A program made the translations under genes and the position numbers. Shown piece after piece: positions 8,041-17,669 of a stretch of 31,038 nt of DNA. Numbering within the stretch: the first letter of the stretch is position 1; the number at the start of each line of letters is the position of its first letter. This DNA is from Candidatus Nanohaloarchaea archaeon (GTDB lineage Archaea > Nanohalarchaeota > Nanosalinia > Nanosalinales > Nanosalinaceae). Below the pieces are notes generated by a model. It saw only the letters and a program-made list of their open reading frames with translations. It did not search any database and was not told the origin of the DNA. Location of the stretch: assembly GCA_042218325.1 (NCBI GenBank), contig JBDGRE010000019.1:1-31038 (forward strand). Direction: 5' to 3'.

Positions 8041-8839
8041 ATGGACAGGGCAACGGTCTCCAAGGTCATCCAGAAAGATTTGGAATGTGGCATGGGATCC
8101 TTTACGAATTTAGTTTACAGGAGAGATAACTGGGTTGCCGCTTTGAGTACCGATGTATCGAATCCGAGGTGGAACAGATTGGTTCCGCTGCCAGACGAGA
8201 GTTCAGGAAATTTCCAGCAGGTGCCCAGGTGGCTCAAGGAGATATGTTCGGCTGTCGGGCATCAGCTCACTCTCTACGGAGAGACCGACTGGATTGACGA
8301 GGTCAGGGAAGCCCTCGAGCCAGATCTGAGTAAAGAATACGAGCTGACATACCTAATTCCAACTGCGGAGACATTTCAGAGAGAAGTTCCGGCAGATCTG
8401 AGCTTCAGGGAAGTTGGCTCAGGTGAAGTAAAGAAAGATTTTCTTCGTACTTGGAAAGCGGCTTTCGAAGAGGAGTTTGACGGAGGTATTCCTGAAGATG
8501 TAGAAGAGGGAGTGTGGAGGATGCTGGAAGACAGGTGGTTCACAGGTGAAGAGATTTCTATAGTAGGATACTCGGAGAGCAAGCCAGTATGCGCAGGAAC
8601 CTTAGCAATCAAGAACGGAATCTGTTTCCCTTATAACGTCTCTGTGCGCCCTGGGCGCCAGGGAGAAGGACTAGGAACAGCGATTACAATAAGGATACTT
8701 GAAGAGGCCAGAGAGAGGGATAGAGGATAATAAAATCTATATCGGGAGCGAACCCGGTACCGGAGTAGAAAAATTTTACAGAAAACTGGGGTGCGAGGAG
8801 GTTTTCATGACAAAGGGGCTAAAAGGGGATTTGATTTAG
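8041..8839 (+). pseudogene. GNAT acetyltransferase, frameshifted near 3' end
   Basis: Motif A VRPGRQGEGLG; frame stops at 8730 but the +1 frame continues ERGIEDNKIYIGSEPGTGVEKFYRKLG to TAG 8837-8839. Confidence 0.7.
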
Positions 8840-8843
8840 AGGA

Positions 8844-9182
8844 CTACTTCTGAACCTCCTTCGCGATGATCTCCAGCTGGCCGCGGTAGAGCGCGACCCG
8901 GCCGGTCACGTTCACATCCTCTCCTTCTCTTAGCTGCAGCTGCGAGTCGAAATCGACGACCTGTATCTCTCCGGTGGAGTCGTTGACCTGGAAGAAGGCG
9001 TGGCCCGAGGACCTCGAGAAGCTGGTGACCTCGCCGGAGATTTTCACGTTTTTCCCGGACCAGCTCTTCTCGATTTCGCCGATTTCAACGTGTTCCAGTG
9101 AGATGTACAGCGAGGCGAAGTACATCAGCGTCAGGCCGATGACCGCGAAGAATACGCTGGCCTTGTAGACCTTATTTTTCAT
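8844..9182 (-). CDS. Membrane-anchored OB-fold protein
   Basis: N-terminal TM helix, then VKISGEV..HAFFQVNDSTGEIQV..VTGRVALYRGQLEI. Confidence 0.75.
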   Translation of the reverse strand: MKNKVYKASVFFAVIGLTLMYFASLYISLEHVEIGEIEKSWSGKNVKISGEVTSFSRSSGHAFFQVNDSTGEIQVVDFDSQLQLREGEDVNVTGRVALYRGQLEIIAKEVQK

Positions 9183-9718
9183 CCCAGCTCGACCTCCCTG
9201 ATGACCCGGTACTCAGAGCCTTTACCAGTCAGCCGGCTCTCGAAAAGCTTCACAGCGTCGACCTCCAGGGTACTGAAGCTGTGGCCGGAGAACTCCTTCA
9301 GCACCCGCTGCAGCTTCCGCATCTTGGAGGACGAGACGTCCTTCACGCGGGCCAGCGTCACGTGAGGGTGGAAGTCGTGTCCGCTGTCTTCCGGTACTTG
9401 GTGCGACTCCGACACCTTCTGGTACAGCTCCCCGAGCTTTTGCTTCTCCGCGCCGGCCCAGACTACACGTATGTAATCCTCAGAAGGGAACGCACCCACT
9501 CCGCTTATCTCGGCGGCAAAAGGTTGCGTAGAGATGGTTCCCAGACCTTTTTCTATAGCTTCAAGTTGCCTCTGGTCGACCTCCTCGAAGAACTGGAGAG
9601 TGATGTGCATCTTGTCTTTCGGAACTGGATTGAATCCCAGGTCGACTTTTTCCCGGACCCGCTCCAGTTCCGCGAGTAACTCCTCGTTTTCTATGTCGAC
9701 GGCGGAGAAAATCCGCAT
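9179..9718 (-). CDS. thpR: RNA 2',3'-cyclic phosphodiesterase (2H family, LigT/ThpR)
   Basis: Two HxT motifs (MHITL, PHVTL), GAFP, RVVWAG; start MRIFSAVDI. Confidence 0.92.
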   Translation of the reverse strand: MRIFSAVDIENEELLAELERVREKVDLGFNPVPKDKMHITLQFFEEVDQRQLEAIEKGLGTISTQPFAAEISGVGAFPSEDYIRVVWAGAEKQKLGELYQKVSESHQVPEDSGHDFHPHVTLARVKDVSSSKMRKLQRVLKEFSGHSFSTLEVDAVKLFESRLTGKGSEYRVIREVELG

Positions 9719-9765
9719 ACAGATTTTTAATGTTCCCTCTCTCATAAAGCTGTATAGGTGTGAAG

Positions 9766-10026
9766 ATGGCAAACAAACCGCGCGCCAAGGAGCTCGTTGG
9801 CAAGACGATAGTATCGGAAGAACACGGCAAAAAATTCGGAGAGGTAGAAGACATCTCGTTTGTCGGTGATACCGGCGAGCTGATGAACCTTCTCGTAACG
9901 GACACGACCCAGCACCTTGACGAGGTAAAGCTCCAGGAAGACAGGAAAGGCAGGCACATCATCCCGTTCAGCGCGGTCAGGAGCGTCGGCGACTTCGTGA
10001 TAGTCTCCGAAGACGACATAATGTGA
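9766..10026 (+). CDS. PRC-barrel protein (CdpB-like cell-division candidate)
   Basis: AKELVGKTIVS..GKKFGEV..IPFSAVRSVGDFVIV. Confidence 0.85.
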   Translation: MANKPRAKELVGKTIVSEEHGKKFGEVEDISFVGDTGELMNLLVTDTTQHLDEVKLQEDRKGRHIIPFSAVRSVGDFVIVSEDDIM

Positions 10027-10399
10027 GGTATCCGGTTCTTGGAACTGGCGTCGGATGCGCTAAAAGCTGTAGAAGACGAGTTCTGGAACTAATTTCTCTC
10101 GAAGGACGAAGTCACGAACCCGGATGTCGAGAGGCACCCCTCGGGCCAGGCGGTATATGTTTCTTGGGGCCGATCAGGGACTGGAAAGAGCCGTATACGC
10201 ACTTGATTCCCGCGGCCAGCGGGTTTCGCTCGGCGTGATAGCGGCCGAAAAGCATTCCGCGGGCAGGCCCTGTGAGGTGCGTGAAGCTGTCGGCGAGGTT
10301 TATCCCGTCGACATGGATGTGCATATAGACATGGCATACGGCATGGTCAGCGGCTACGGGCCCGGCGATATCGAAAAGGTAGAAGAGACCTTCCTGTAG
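10027..10399 (+). pseudogene. Probable decayed hypothetical gene
   Basis: Acidic protein-like segments (ELASDALKAVEDEF, SKDEVTNPDVERHP, LGADQGLERAVYALD...DIEKVEETFL) broken by a stop at 10090-10092 and a frame change. Confidence 0.4.
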
Positions 10400-10400
10400 C

Positions 10401-11348
10401 TCAGGCGTCGATGATGCCGCGGTCCTTGACCTTGAAAACGGCCTCTCCCTCGGGCATGTAAGGGCTGTCGACCAGTCTCGCTATACGTTTATCCTTCTTG
10501 CTCTTTCTCAGGTAGACTCTTACCGCTGAGTTATGTGCCACGATGTGGCCTCCTATCGCGCTGGTAGGGTCGCCGAACATCTGGTCCGGGTTGGCCATGA
10601 CCTGGTTCGTGACAACTACCGCGGCGTTGTGCGCGTTCGCCAGCCTGAGAAGCGTGTTCATGTGCCTGTTCAGTTTCTGCTGCCTCTTGGCCAGCTCTCC
10701 TCTTCCGACGTAGTCGGAGCGGAACTGTGCGGTCAGGGAGTCCACCACGATGAGGCCGATGTCCTCGCGCTGGCAGATATCCTGCGCCTCGTCGGCGAGC
10801 AGCATCTGGTGGTCGCTGTTGAAGGCCCGCGCCACGTGTATGTTCTCGAGCACCTCCTCCGCGTCCATGTCGTCGTACCTTTCGGCCATCTGCTCGATTC
10901 TCTCCGGTATGAAGGTGTCCTCGGTGTCGATGTATACCACGCCGCGGCCGAGCCCTCCTTCACCTTCCGGTCTCTGGACGTTGACGGAGAGCTGGTGTGC
11001 TATCTGTGTCTTCGCCGAGCCGTACTCTCCGTAGAACTCCGTGATGGCCTGGGTCTCTACTCCTCCGCCCAGTATCTCGTCGAACTCATCTGAGCCCGTC
11101 GCGATACGTTTCATCTCTTTCCGTACTTCGTACTTGTCCTGCCCGGTCTCGAATCCGATGTCCAGCTCCTGGCGGGCTGATGTGATTATCTTCTGGGCGC
11201 TGTTCTCTCCCAGGTCGGCGACCTCCGCAAGGTCGCCTGCGCTCATGGTCGCGATAGACATTATATCGTCGTATCCCGCATCCTTGAGCTTCTCTGCGGT
11301 CTTTTCTCCTACTCCTTTCAGGTCCTCGAGCTCGAGTTCATCTGGCAT
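10401..11348 (-). CDS. radA: DNA repair/recombination protein RadA
   Basis: N-terminal HhH; Walker A GEYGSAKT; IDTEDTF; VVDSL; TNQV; no intein. Confidence 0.97.
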   Translation of the reverse strand: MPDELELEDLKGVGEKTAEKLKDAGYDDIMSIATMSAGDLAEVADLGENSAQKIITSARQELDIGFETGQDKYEVRKEMKRIATGSDEFDEILGGGVETQAITEFYGEYGSAKTQIAHQLSVNVQRPEGEGGLGRGVVYIDTEDTFIPERIEQMAERYDDMDAEEVLENIHVARAFNSDHQMLLADEAQDICQREDIGLIVVDSLTAQFRSDYVGRGELAKRQQKLNRHMNTLLRLANAHNAAVVVTNQVMANPDQMFGDPTSAIGGHIVAHNSAVRVYLRKSKKDKRIARLVDSPYMPEGEAVFKVKDRGIIDA

Positions 11349-11353
11349 CTTCT

Positions 11354-12358
11354 TCAGGCCTCCATTGTCTCCATAAGGTTTTCAATCTCCTGCTCGGCAT
11401 CGACTTCTCCCATGTCGTTCGCTATCATCTCGAGCCTCCCGAAGTAATCGTTGTAACGGGTACGGCCCTCTATCATGAGTTCTTTCCCGACAGCGTCGGC
11501 GGCCGCGTCCTCTACCGCCTCGATATCTCCTTCTTCCTCGACTTCCTCGTCTACGCCCAGCATCTCGCGGGCCAGGTCGCGGAAGAACACTACACGTATA
11601 TTGCCGGTTCCGTCGTCGATCACGCCCGAAACCGCGAGCGCCTTGTCAGGTTCCTCGATCTCGCCGTGGTCCTCGCATATCATGTTGCCGTCGTCATCCT
11701 CCCTTATGGATGTCCCGCATTCAGGGCAGCGGTTGTAGAACGGGTTGCTGGTGTATATGTTCACGAGAAGGCCCCTGACACGGTACGACGCGTTCTCCGA
11801 CCTTACGTCCCTTATGGACGCGTCCTGGGTCTCCCCACCCGATCTGGAGGAGGAGTCGATTTCCGGCACCTCGTCATCGTCCGTCATCTTGACCTGGGAC
11901 TCGTCGCCCAGTCTCAGCTCCGCGTTGCCACGATCATCCTCGACCGTGTAGGCGTTCTGCACTTCTATCGCGTCGCCTTCCTCGACCTTCTCGGCTATCT
12001 GTGTCTGCTCATCCCAAAGGGTAACACGGATGCTGCCGCTTCCATCCGCAAGCACGATGTTCTGTACCTTGCCCTCGCTGCCGTCATCCCGGTTGAAGGT
12101 GTTCGCGTCCAGTATATTCGTTATCCGGGCCTTGAGATTGACGTTCCTCATCTCCGGGACTATGTTATCGATTTCCAGGTCGTTGTCGCCTGCCTCCGCG
12201 AGTTCGACACCTTCCTCCTTCGCGACGAGGTGCAGCGCTCCTTCCTCCGATACAAGCCCGGAGAACTCGTCCATCTTCTCTTCGACTTTTTCCTCAAGTT
12301 CGTCCTCGTCCAAGTCCGTCTCATCAAGGACCTTCTTCACGACCTGTTCAGAAACCAT
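11354..12358 (-). CDS. rpa: Replication protein A (ssDNA-binding; OB folds plus Zn finger)
   Basis: DGSGSIRVTLWD and DDGTGNIRVVFF OB motifs; CPEC...CEDH. Confidence 0.9.
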   Translation of the reverse strand: MVSEQVVKKVLDETDLDEDELEEKVEEKMDEFSGLVSEEGALHLVAKEEGVELAEAGDNDLEIDNIVPEMRNVNLKARITNILDANTFNRDDGSEGKVQNIVLADGSGSIRVTLWDEQTQIAEKVEEGDAIEVQNAYTVEDDRGNAELRLGDESQVKMTDDDEVPEIDSSSRSGGETQDASIRDVRSENASYRVRGLLVNIYTSNPFYNRCPECGTSIREDDDGNMICEDHGEIEEPDKALAVSGVIDDGTGNIRVVFFRDLAREMLGVDEEVEEEGDIEAVEDAAADAVGKELMIEGRTRYNDYFGRLEMIANDMGEVDAEQEIENLMETMEA

Positions 12359-12394
12359 ACTGGGAGATTGTATCGAAAGCTTAAATCCGTGGCG

Positions 12395-12592
12395 CTACTC
12401 CAGCGCCTTCCGGATATCTTCTGCTCTAACGGTTTTTCTTCCGTCCTGCCGGGCGATGGCTATGGCCTCCTCCGCGACGTCGCCCGCGAACATCTCGAGG
12501 ACCTTCCTCATCTCCTCGGCGCTGTCACGGGAGACTCTCTTGTCGCCCTCGCTCTTAATCAGTTCCTTCATCTTGGATATAGAGAACTCCAT
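12395..12592 (-). CDS. Archaeal histone (divergent variant)
   Basis: 65 aa colinear with HMfB; RVS and GRKTVRAEDI. Confidence 0.88.
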   Translation of the reverse strand: MEFSISKMKELIKSEGDKRVSRDSAEEMRKVLEMFAGDVAEEAIAIARQDGRKTVRAEDIRKALE

Positions 12593-12709
12593 CTTCTCAC
12601 GTAGTAGTATTTTCCTCAATGATATAAAACGGAACGGCGGCGAAAAAGTATACTCTACTGCTTTAAAAAGTTTATTAAGGGAGCAACCAGAAGAATGAAG
12701 TGAAGGTTA

Positions 12710-12982
12710 ATGGGGGAGGAACTTGAGGAGTTTTTCCTGAATCGCAAACCAGTGCATATACTGGTCAGTCTACGGCAACAGACCACCGAGAACTACGCAT
12801 CGGCTATATCGAGCCAGGTAGACGCCACTTACTCTCACACCATCAAGGTCCTGCAGGAGATGAAGGCCCACGGGCTGGTGGATTTCGAGAAGAAGGGCAG
12901 GAAGAAAGTTATCGAGCTCACATCCCGTGGCGAGAATATCGCCGAGAAGCTCTCACATCTGCTCCAGGAACTCCGGGACTGA
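12710..12982 (+). CDS. Winged-helix (MarR-like) DNA-binding protein
   Basis: YASAIS..DATYSH..GLVDFEKKGRKKVIELTSRG. Confidence 0.85.
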   Translation: MGEELEEFFLNRKPVHILVSLRQQTTENYASAISSQVDATYSHTIKVLQEMKAHGLVDFEKKGRKKVIELTSRGENIAEKLSHLLQELRD

Positions 12983-13092
12983 AACTCCTGCCAGATTACC
13001 TGCGGGCTCTTCCGGATGCCTATTGATCATCCGTGTTTCTTGTTTGATGAGCGGTATTTGAGAGCCCCTGACTCACATCATAGATAGTGTCT

Positions 13093-13120
13093 TATTGGTG
13101 AACATCCAATATTTTTTAAA
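13093..13120 (+). promoter_or_regulatory. Inverted repeat TATTGG-N7-CCAATA abutting a TATA box
   Basis: IR 13093-13098/13106-13111 followed by TTTTTTAAA 13112-13120. Confidence 0.4.
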
Positions 13121-13220
13121 CCCTGTTGCCTTTACTGTCGAGTGAATAAGTGTTTTATGAGTGTTTCCCCGTGGCGAACAACCTTGGGTTTACTTATGTA
13201 TCCGCAGCTACGTTTCTGTC

Positions 13221-13448
13221 ATGAGGATTACTAACATCCAGGACGACGGCGAGAGATTCATAATACACGGTAGCTCGGGCCTGTACGGTAAGCTGCGCGA
13301 GACGTTCGACCAGATGGGCTGGGGGACCTCCGTCACGGAGTCCTCGAAGGCAGAGGCTAACATCCTGTACATCGAGAACAACAGAGATATCGTGCTCCGG
13401 GTGCTCCGCGAAAAGACTGAAGGCGAGATGCCTGACAGGGCCCCCTGA
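13221..13448 (+). CDS. Small hypothetical protein
   Basis: 75 aa, host-like GC3-rich codon usage and acidic composition. Confidence 0.6.
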   Translation: MRITNIQDDGERFIIHGSSGLYGKLRETFDQMGWGTSVTESSKAEANILYIENNRDIVLRVLREKTEGEMPDRAP

Positions 13449-13912
13449 GTGTTCGGTTCCACTAAACATTCTGGTTATTCCGGAGTTGTCCGGCAAAACC
13501 CTCCAACACAAAGGTCCTTTATACGATATATGGCCGAACGCGTTTTTCGGCATATCCTTCGCACTTAGGCAAGGGTAATCCAGACGGATATGGCATATAA
13601 TAAAGAAGATATAATTTCGCGGTCTCTGTGACGGCTGACTGGTTCACTGGTTCCTGATATACCTTCTTTGTTATGGTGTTTCTTGTTTTTCGGCCCCAGG
13701 AACCCGGGTTGTTCGACTTACTCAAACACTCATGGACCCGCTGTTCCTCCGCCGTTTGAACCGTTTCTCTCAAGATCCTCCTGGTACGTGGAGAAAAACA
13801 TCAGGTAGCCGGCGATCCCCAGCGCCTCCTCCGGAGTCATGCCGTTCTGCTCCAGTAGCTCTCCGGAAGGCTGGCTGTGGCACTGCTCCAGCTATTCCTC
13901 TAAGTAGTTCAT
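13445..13912 (-). pseudogene. Decayed hypothetical gene
   Basis: TATA about 25 nt upstream of ATG 13912; MNYLEE*LEQ...EEALGIAGYLMFF then a frameshift into RETVQTAEEQ...; 3' end approximate. Confidence 0.45.
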
Positions 13913-14130
13913 TATTTAGTAGTAGTCTCGATGCATTTTAAAGTAATTAGGATGTTTGGTTTTTGCGAACACTTGATTGTGGGTTAATTTTGAACACTCC
14001 GCGCCGGCCTGTGAGTTCTGGCCTTCCGGCGATTATTGTGGTCGAAGGCAGGTTACAGGCCTCAATGCCGGTTATAAAGAGTTCTTGGCCGTTTGGTGCG
14101 CTTGATGAGCACATCTGGAGGGTGCGTGAT

Positions 14131-14814
14131 ATGACAGGAGATGAGAGGGATACGTTGCAGAAAGCGAGGGACAGAGTTTCCTCCTGGTGGGGGGACAACT
14201 TCGTCCAAAACGAGGATAAAAACCTGGAGACAGCGGCCGGTCTACGGCGACGCCGGTGTCTCAAGAAGAGGATTCCTCAGGGCTATGGGAGCCGGCGGTG
14301 CGTTGCTTGTCGCAGGTGACCGGCTGGAGGACGGCCGGTGGGACGCTTACGGCCTGGCTGGAGGCAAGGCAGAGAACAGGGGAGATACCTCTCCGCCTGT
14401 TAATACATCCTCGCAAGGTAACCTTACGCGCACACCCACTCCGCGTGAGGATAACACAACACCAGCAGGAGATACGTCCCCTACCGGAAACGATACGTCA
14501 TCGCCGGAAACTACTCCTGCGCCCGGGAACACGACAGCAGGGAGTAAGAAAAGCGCGGTTACAGATGAGGAGCTTTACACTGTGACATTGGAAGGCCCGG
14601 GCAGAAGAGCTACACTGTAAGGGCCAGCCTCGACGGCGAGACCGTCCGCGGCACGGGCCAGGTGCTGGAAAGGCAGGGAAGCGGCAGCACTGGCGAGACA
14701 CCCGCGGGGATGTTCCATGCGCTTGCATTGTCCGGTCGGATGCTCCTGTCGCTGCTGGCAGGGCTCATAATCTCCGGCGGAGTCCTCTACCGGGAGACGG
14801 CCCTGAAACCGTGA
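14131..14814 (+). pseudogene. Frameshifted surface glycoprotein-like gene (twin-arginine motif, Thr/Pro linker, C-terminal TM)
   Basis: SRRGFL; repeated DTSP and NxT/S sequons; C-terminal MLLSLLAGLIISGGVLY; two frame changes (~14235, ~14600). Confidence 0.55.
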
Positions 14815-14815
14815 T

Positions 14816-15193
14816 TCAAGCGGAACGGGCGAGTATCTCGACCTCGTAGCCCTCAGGGTCCTTCACGAACGCGTAGTCGCCAGGGCACTCCTCCGGCGGC
14901 CTGTAATCCTCGCCTCCGGCCTCGACGGCTTTCTCGTACGCTTCCTCGAGCGACTGGTCTTCCTCGGTGTGGACGGCGATGTGGCCGAAGCCCTCACCTT
15001 TCTCGTACCTGTCGTCCTCGCCGTGGTTGTAGGTCAGCTCGAGCTCCGCTGTCTGGCCGGGATGGCCGAGGAAATACAGTGTGAACGTGTCCATCTCTTT
15101 CTTGCGTTTCAGCTCGAAGCCGAACGCGTCCCTGTAGAAGTCGATTACCTTTTCCGGGTCGGATACCCTGAGCATGGTGTGCGCGAGTTTCAT
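14816..15193 (-). CDS. gloA: Lactoylglutathione lyase / glyoxalase I (VOC family)
   Basis: HTMLRV, ELELTYN, GFGHIA, FVKDPEGYEVEI. Confidence 0.88.
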   Translation of the reverse strand: MKLAHTMLRVSDPEKVIDFYRDAFGFELKRKKEMDTFTLYFLGHPGQTAELELTYNHGEDDRYEKGEGFGHIAVHTEEDQSLEEAYEKAVEAGGEDYRPPEECPGDYAFVKDPEGYEVEILARSA

Positions 15194-15248
15194 GCAAAAA
15201 ATGGTATGCGCGGAGATTTATAGTTCTGCGTGGGTGATAGTTTTCCTG

Positions 15249-15839
15249 ATGACCGAGATATACCTGTGCCGGCACGGCGAGACAGACCACAACAGGGAGG
15301 GAGTTCTGCAGGGCCAGAAAGACACGGAGCTCAACGAGACCGGCGAAGAACAGGCAGGGAAGCTCGCGGACAGGCTTGCGAACCTGGAACTCGACGCGGT
15401 CTACTCCAGCGATCTCCAGAGGGCCTACATGACCGCGGAGAGGATAGCCGAGGCTGCGGGCGTACCCCACATAGATGATGTGAAGCTCCGCGAACGCTCC
15501 TACGGCGACTTCCAGGGTAAGGGACACGATGCCAGGTACGAAGAGATAGGTGCTGCGGATGAACTCGACGACTGGAAGCCGGAGGGAGGGGAAAGCGTGC
15601 ACGACGTTCGTGAACGGGCCTCGGAAGTGCTCGAGCAGATCGAAAGCGAGCACCCGGACGGAAGGGTGGCGGTCGTGGCCCACGGCTGGACCAACCGTGC
15701 GCTTCTGACCGAGATGCTGGACGCGCAGAACGCGAGGGCGCACAGCATCAAGCAGGATAATACGGCCGTGAACGTGCTCAGGAAGGAGGCTTACCGCGGC
15801 TGGCGTATCGTGAAACTCAACGACACGTCGCACCTTTGA
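15249..15839 (+). CDS. Histidine phosphatase (PGM family)
   Basis: RHGETDHN, YSSDLQRA, GGES, VAHG; SD GGTGAT upstream. Confidence 0.9.
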   Translation: MTEIYLCRHGETDHNREGVLQGQKDTELNETGEEQAGKLADRLANLELDAVYSSDLQRAYMTAERIAEAAGVPHIDDVKLRERSYGDFQGKGHDARYEEIGAADELDDWKPEGGESVHDVRERASEVLEQIESEHPDGRVAVVAHGWTNRALLTEMLDAQNARAHSIKQDNTAVNVLRKEAYRGWRIVKLNDTSHL

Positions 15840-15865
15840 TATACCACCTTTGTTAAGAAATCTGT

Positions 15866-16342
15866 ATGGCGGACGACGACAAGCATCCCTTCGTAGACGA
15901 GGAGGCCCGGAGATCTTCCACTATAGTCACGAAACATTCTATCGCGATACCCGAGGATCGCGAAAAATACAGGCTTAGCGACAGGGCCTGGAACTGGGAG
16001 AAGATAGTCGACCTTGTGTTCCCGCGGGAGCAGGCCGCGAAAAGGAACAAGTACGCCAAGATATTTCTCCGCGAGCTTAAGGAGGAGGGAGAGATAGACT
16101 CGGAAAAGCTGAACTCGTTCGATGAATGGGGGCACGAGAAGGGCAAGAGCAACCTTAAGAACAATATACTTCCCAAGCTCCGGCGTCTCGGGATAATACA
16201 GTACGAGTACCTGGAGTACCGTGACAGGAAGGAGGGTTCCCAGGGCCGCAGGAAGGTCGTCAAGCCCGCGAAATCTTTCACCTCGATGCTTGACTCTATG
16301 GCGAACGGCTGGGCTGCCTTCGAATCTGCCGCATACGAGTAA
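15866..16342 (+). CDS. Hypothetical protein, possible winged helix
   Basis: 158 aa; NILPKLRRLGII resembles a wHTH recognition helix and wing. Confidence 0.7.
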   Translation: MADDDKHPFVDEEARRSSTIVTKHSIAIPEDREKYRLSDRAWNWEKIVDLVFPREQAAKRNKYAKIFLRELKEEGEIDSEKLNSFDEWGHEKGKSNLKNNILPKLRRLGIIQYEYLEYRDRKEGSQGRRKVVKPAKSFTSMLDSMANGWAAFESAAYE

Positions 16343-16344
16343 CT

Positions 16345-16835
16345 TTACTGCTGGATACCGGCGGCTCTCAGCGGCAGCGATACCTCTACTGTTGCTTCAA
16401 GACAGTTCTAGAGCGCTGTTGCAGTGACGACTGTCGCTTCCGGGTGGAGCTCTGTCTCTCGTCGTGACGTCTCTGCGTCCTGAGCTACCAGCTCGGTCTC
16501 GAAGTCGCGTGTGTTCGCGTCGATTGTTGGCACCTTGTTGGTTCTTCGTTGTCATCGGCTTGAGGGTGTCGAAAAAGTTCCGGGGACGGGCACCACCGTG
16601 GCAGGCAGCACCCGTCCTTGGAAAGTTCTACGGTGTAGAGATGGCAGGCGAACTTTCCGTGTTGTTTTGGTCTCGTGGTCGGCAAGACTGGCTCCCGAAG
16701 GAGCCAAGGCGTCATCCCACTTTACGCCGGCAGAATAATGTGGAAAGCCTTGGCCTTGGTGAGGTTATAATTATCTCTCACCAGATCCACGGACACGTTT
16801 CCGGTGAGACTCCAGGTCGTGTTGACCAAGGCCAT
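16345..16835 (-). pseudogene. Decayed gene, possibly from a secreted protein
   Basis: TATA at ~16862 and ATG 16835 (MALVNTTWSLTGNVSVDLVRDNYNLT...*); downstream protein-like pieces in shifting frames with stops. Confidence 0.4.
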
Positions 16836-16879
16836 TTTTAACTACAGATTGCCGGCCGAGGTTTAAAAGCCTTCGGCTC

Positions 16880-17632
16880 CTACTGCAGATGCTTCCGGTA
16901 GGTCTCCTGCTCAAGCCGGCTATGAGCCTCTGATAGGAGCTTTTTCAGGTTCTTCGCGTCGTACCGGTTGTATTTCACCAGTTTGTCCAGCGCATCCTCA
17001 TCATCTTTCCTCTCGTACCTCTTCCAGAGCCGTATAGCTTCGCGGCCATCGATATCCTCCAGTTCGCGCTGGATGCCGAGTTTCTTCTCCACTTCCTTCA
17101 GGCCGCCGGAGATGCCGAGACGGCGGCAGGTATACATCAGGTCGAGATGTGGTGTCTCCATGTCGATACCGAAGCTTTTCTCCAGGAAAGGCTGGTCGAA
17201 ACGCTTGCCGTTGAAGGACACCAGCATCGAGGACTCGAACAGCTCCTTCTTGAGCCTTTCACGGGTCAGGTCCTGACCTCTCACCAGGGTCACGTCTTCG
17301 CCGCCACGGTGGAAGCTGACGGTCGTTACCTTGTTGCTGCTCGCGTCTAGGCCCGTGGTCTCTATATCGAAGAAGCAGACGTTGTCGCGGAAGTTCTCGT
17401 ACATCCTCCAGAGCTCACCCGAGGGCAGCTTGTCGCCGAAGAACACGGTGTTACCGACCTCGAGGTTCGTCCTGGCCTTTTCGAGGAAATCTATCGTCTT
17501 CTGGCGGCGGTTCTCGCTGACCAAGTCGCACTCATCGATATGGTCCCAGTGCGTGAAACCGTTTCGCCAGAGCTTTTTCTCCGTCTTCTCGCCGATCCCC
17601 GGTGCAAGTATGAAACTGTTTTCGATCCGCAT
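16880..17632 (-). CDS. RNase H-like (YprB/DEDD) exonuclease with N-terminal HhH
   Basis: PGIGEKT; FFDIETTGL; SFNGKRFD; GGLKEVE; YNRYD. Confidence 0.88.
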   Translation of the reverse strand: MRIENSFILAPGIGEKTEKKLWRNGFTHWDHIDECDLVSENRRQKTIDFLEKARTNLEVGNTVFFGDKLPSGELWRMYENFRDNVCFFDIETTGLDASSNKVTTVSFHRGGEDVTLVRGQDLTRERLKKELFESSMLVSFNGKRFDQPFLEKSFGIDMETPHLDLMYTCRRLGISGGLKEVEKKLGIQRELEDIDGREAIRLWKRYERKDDEDALDKLVKYNRYDAKNLKKLLSEAHSRLEQETYRKHLQ

Positions 17633-17669
17633 GGATAATTCGGTATGAAGAAAGAAGGATAAAAAGGTG

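Noticed and set aside
10024-10092. Stop read-through extension of the PRC-barrel protein
   Set aside because: The domain is already complete at TGA 10024-10026; the downstream text fits a decayed separate gene better
10168-10191. Walker A-like GRSGTGKS in an alternative frame
   Set aside because: The frame stops a few codons later and has no ATPase context; likely chance
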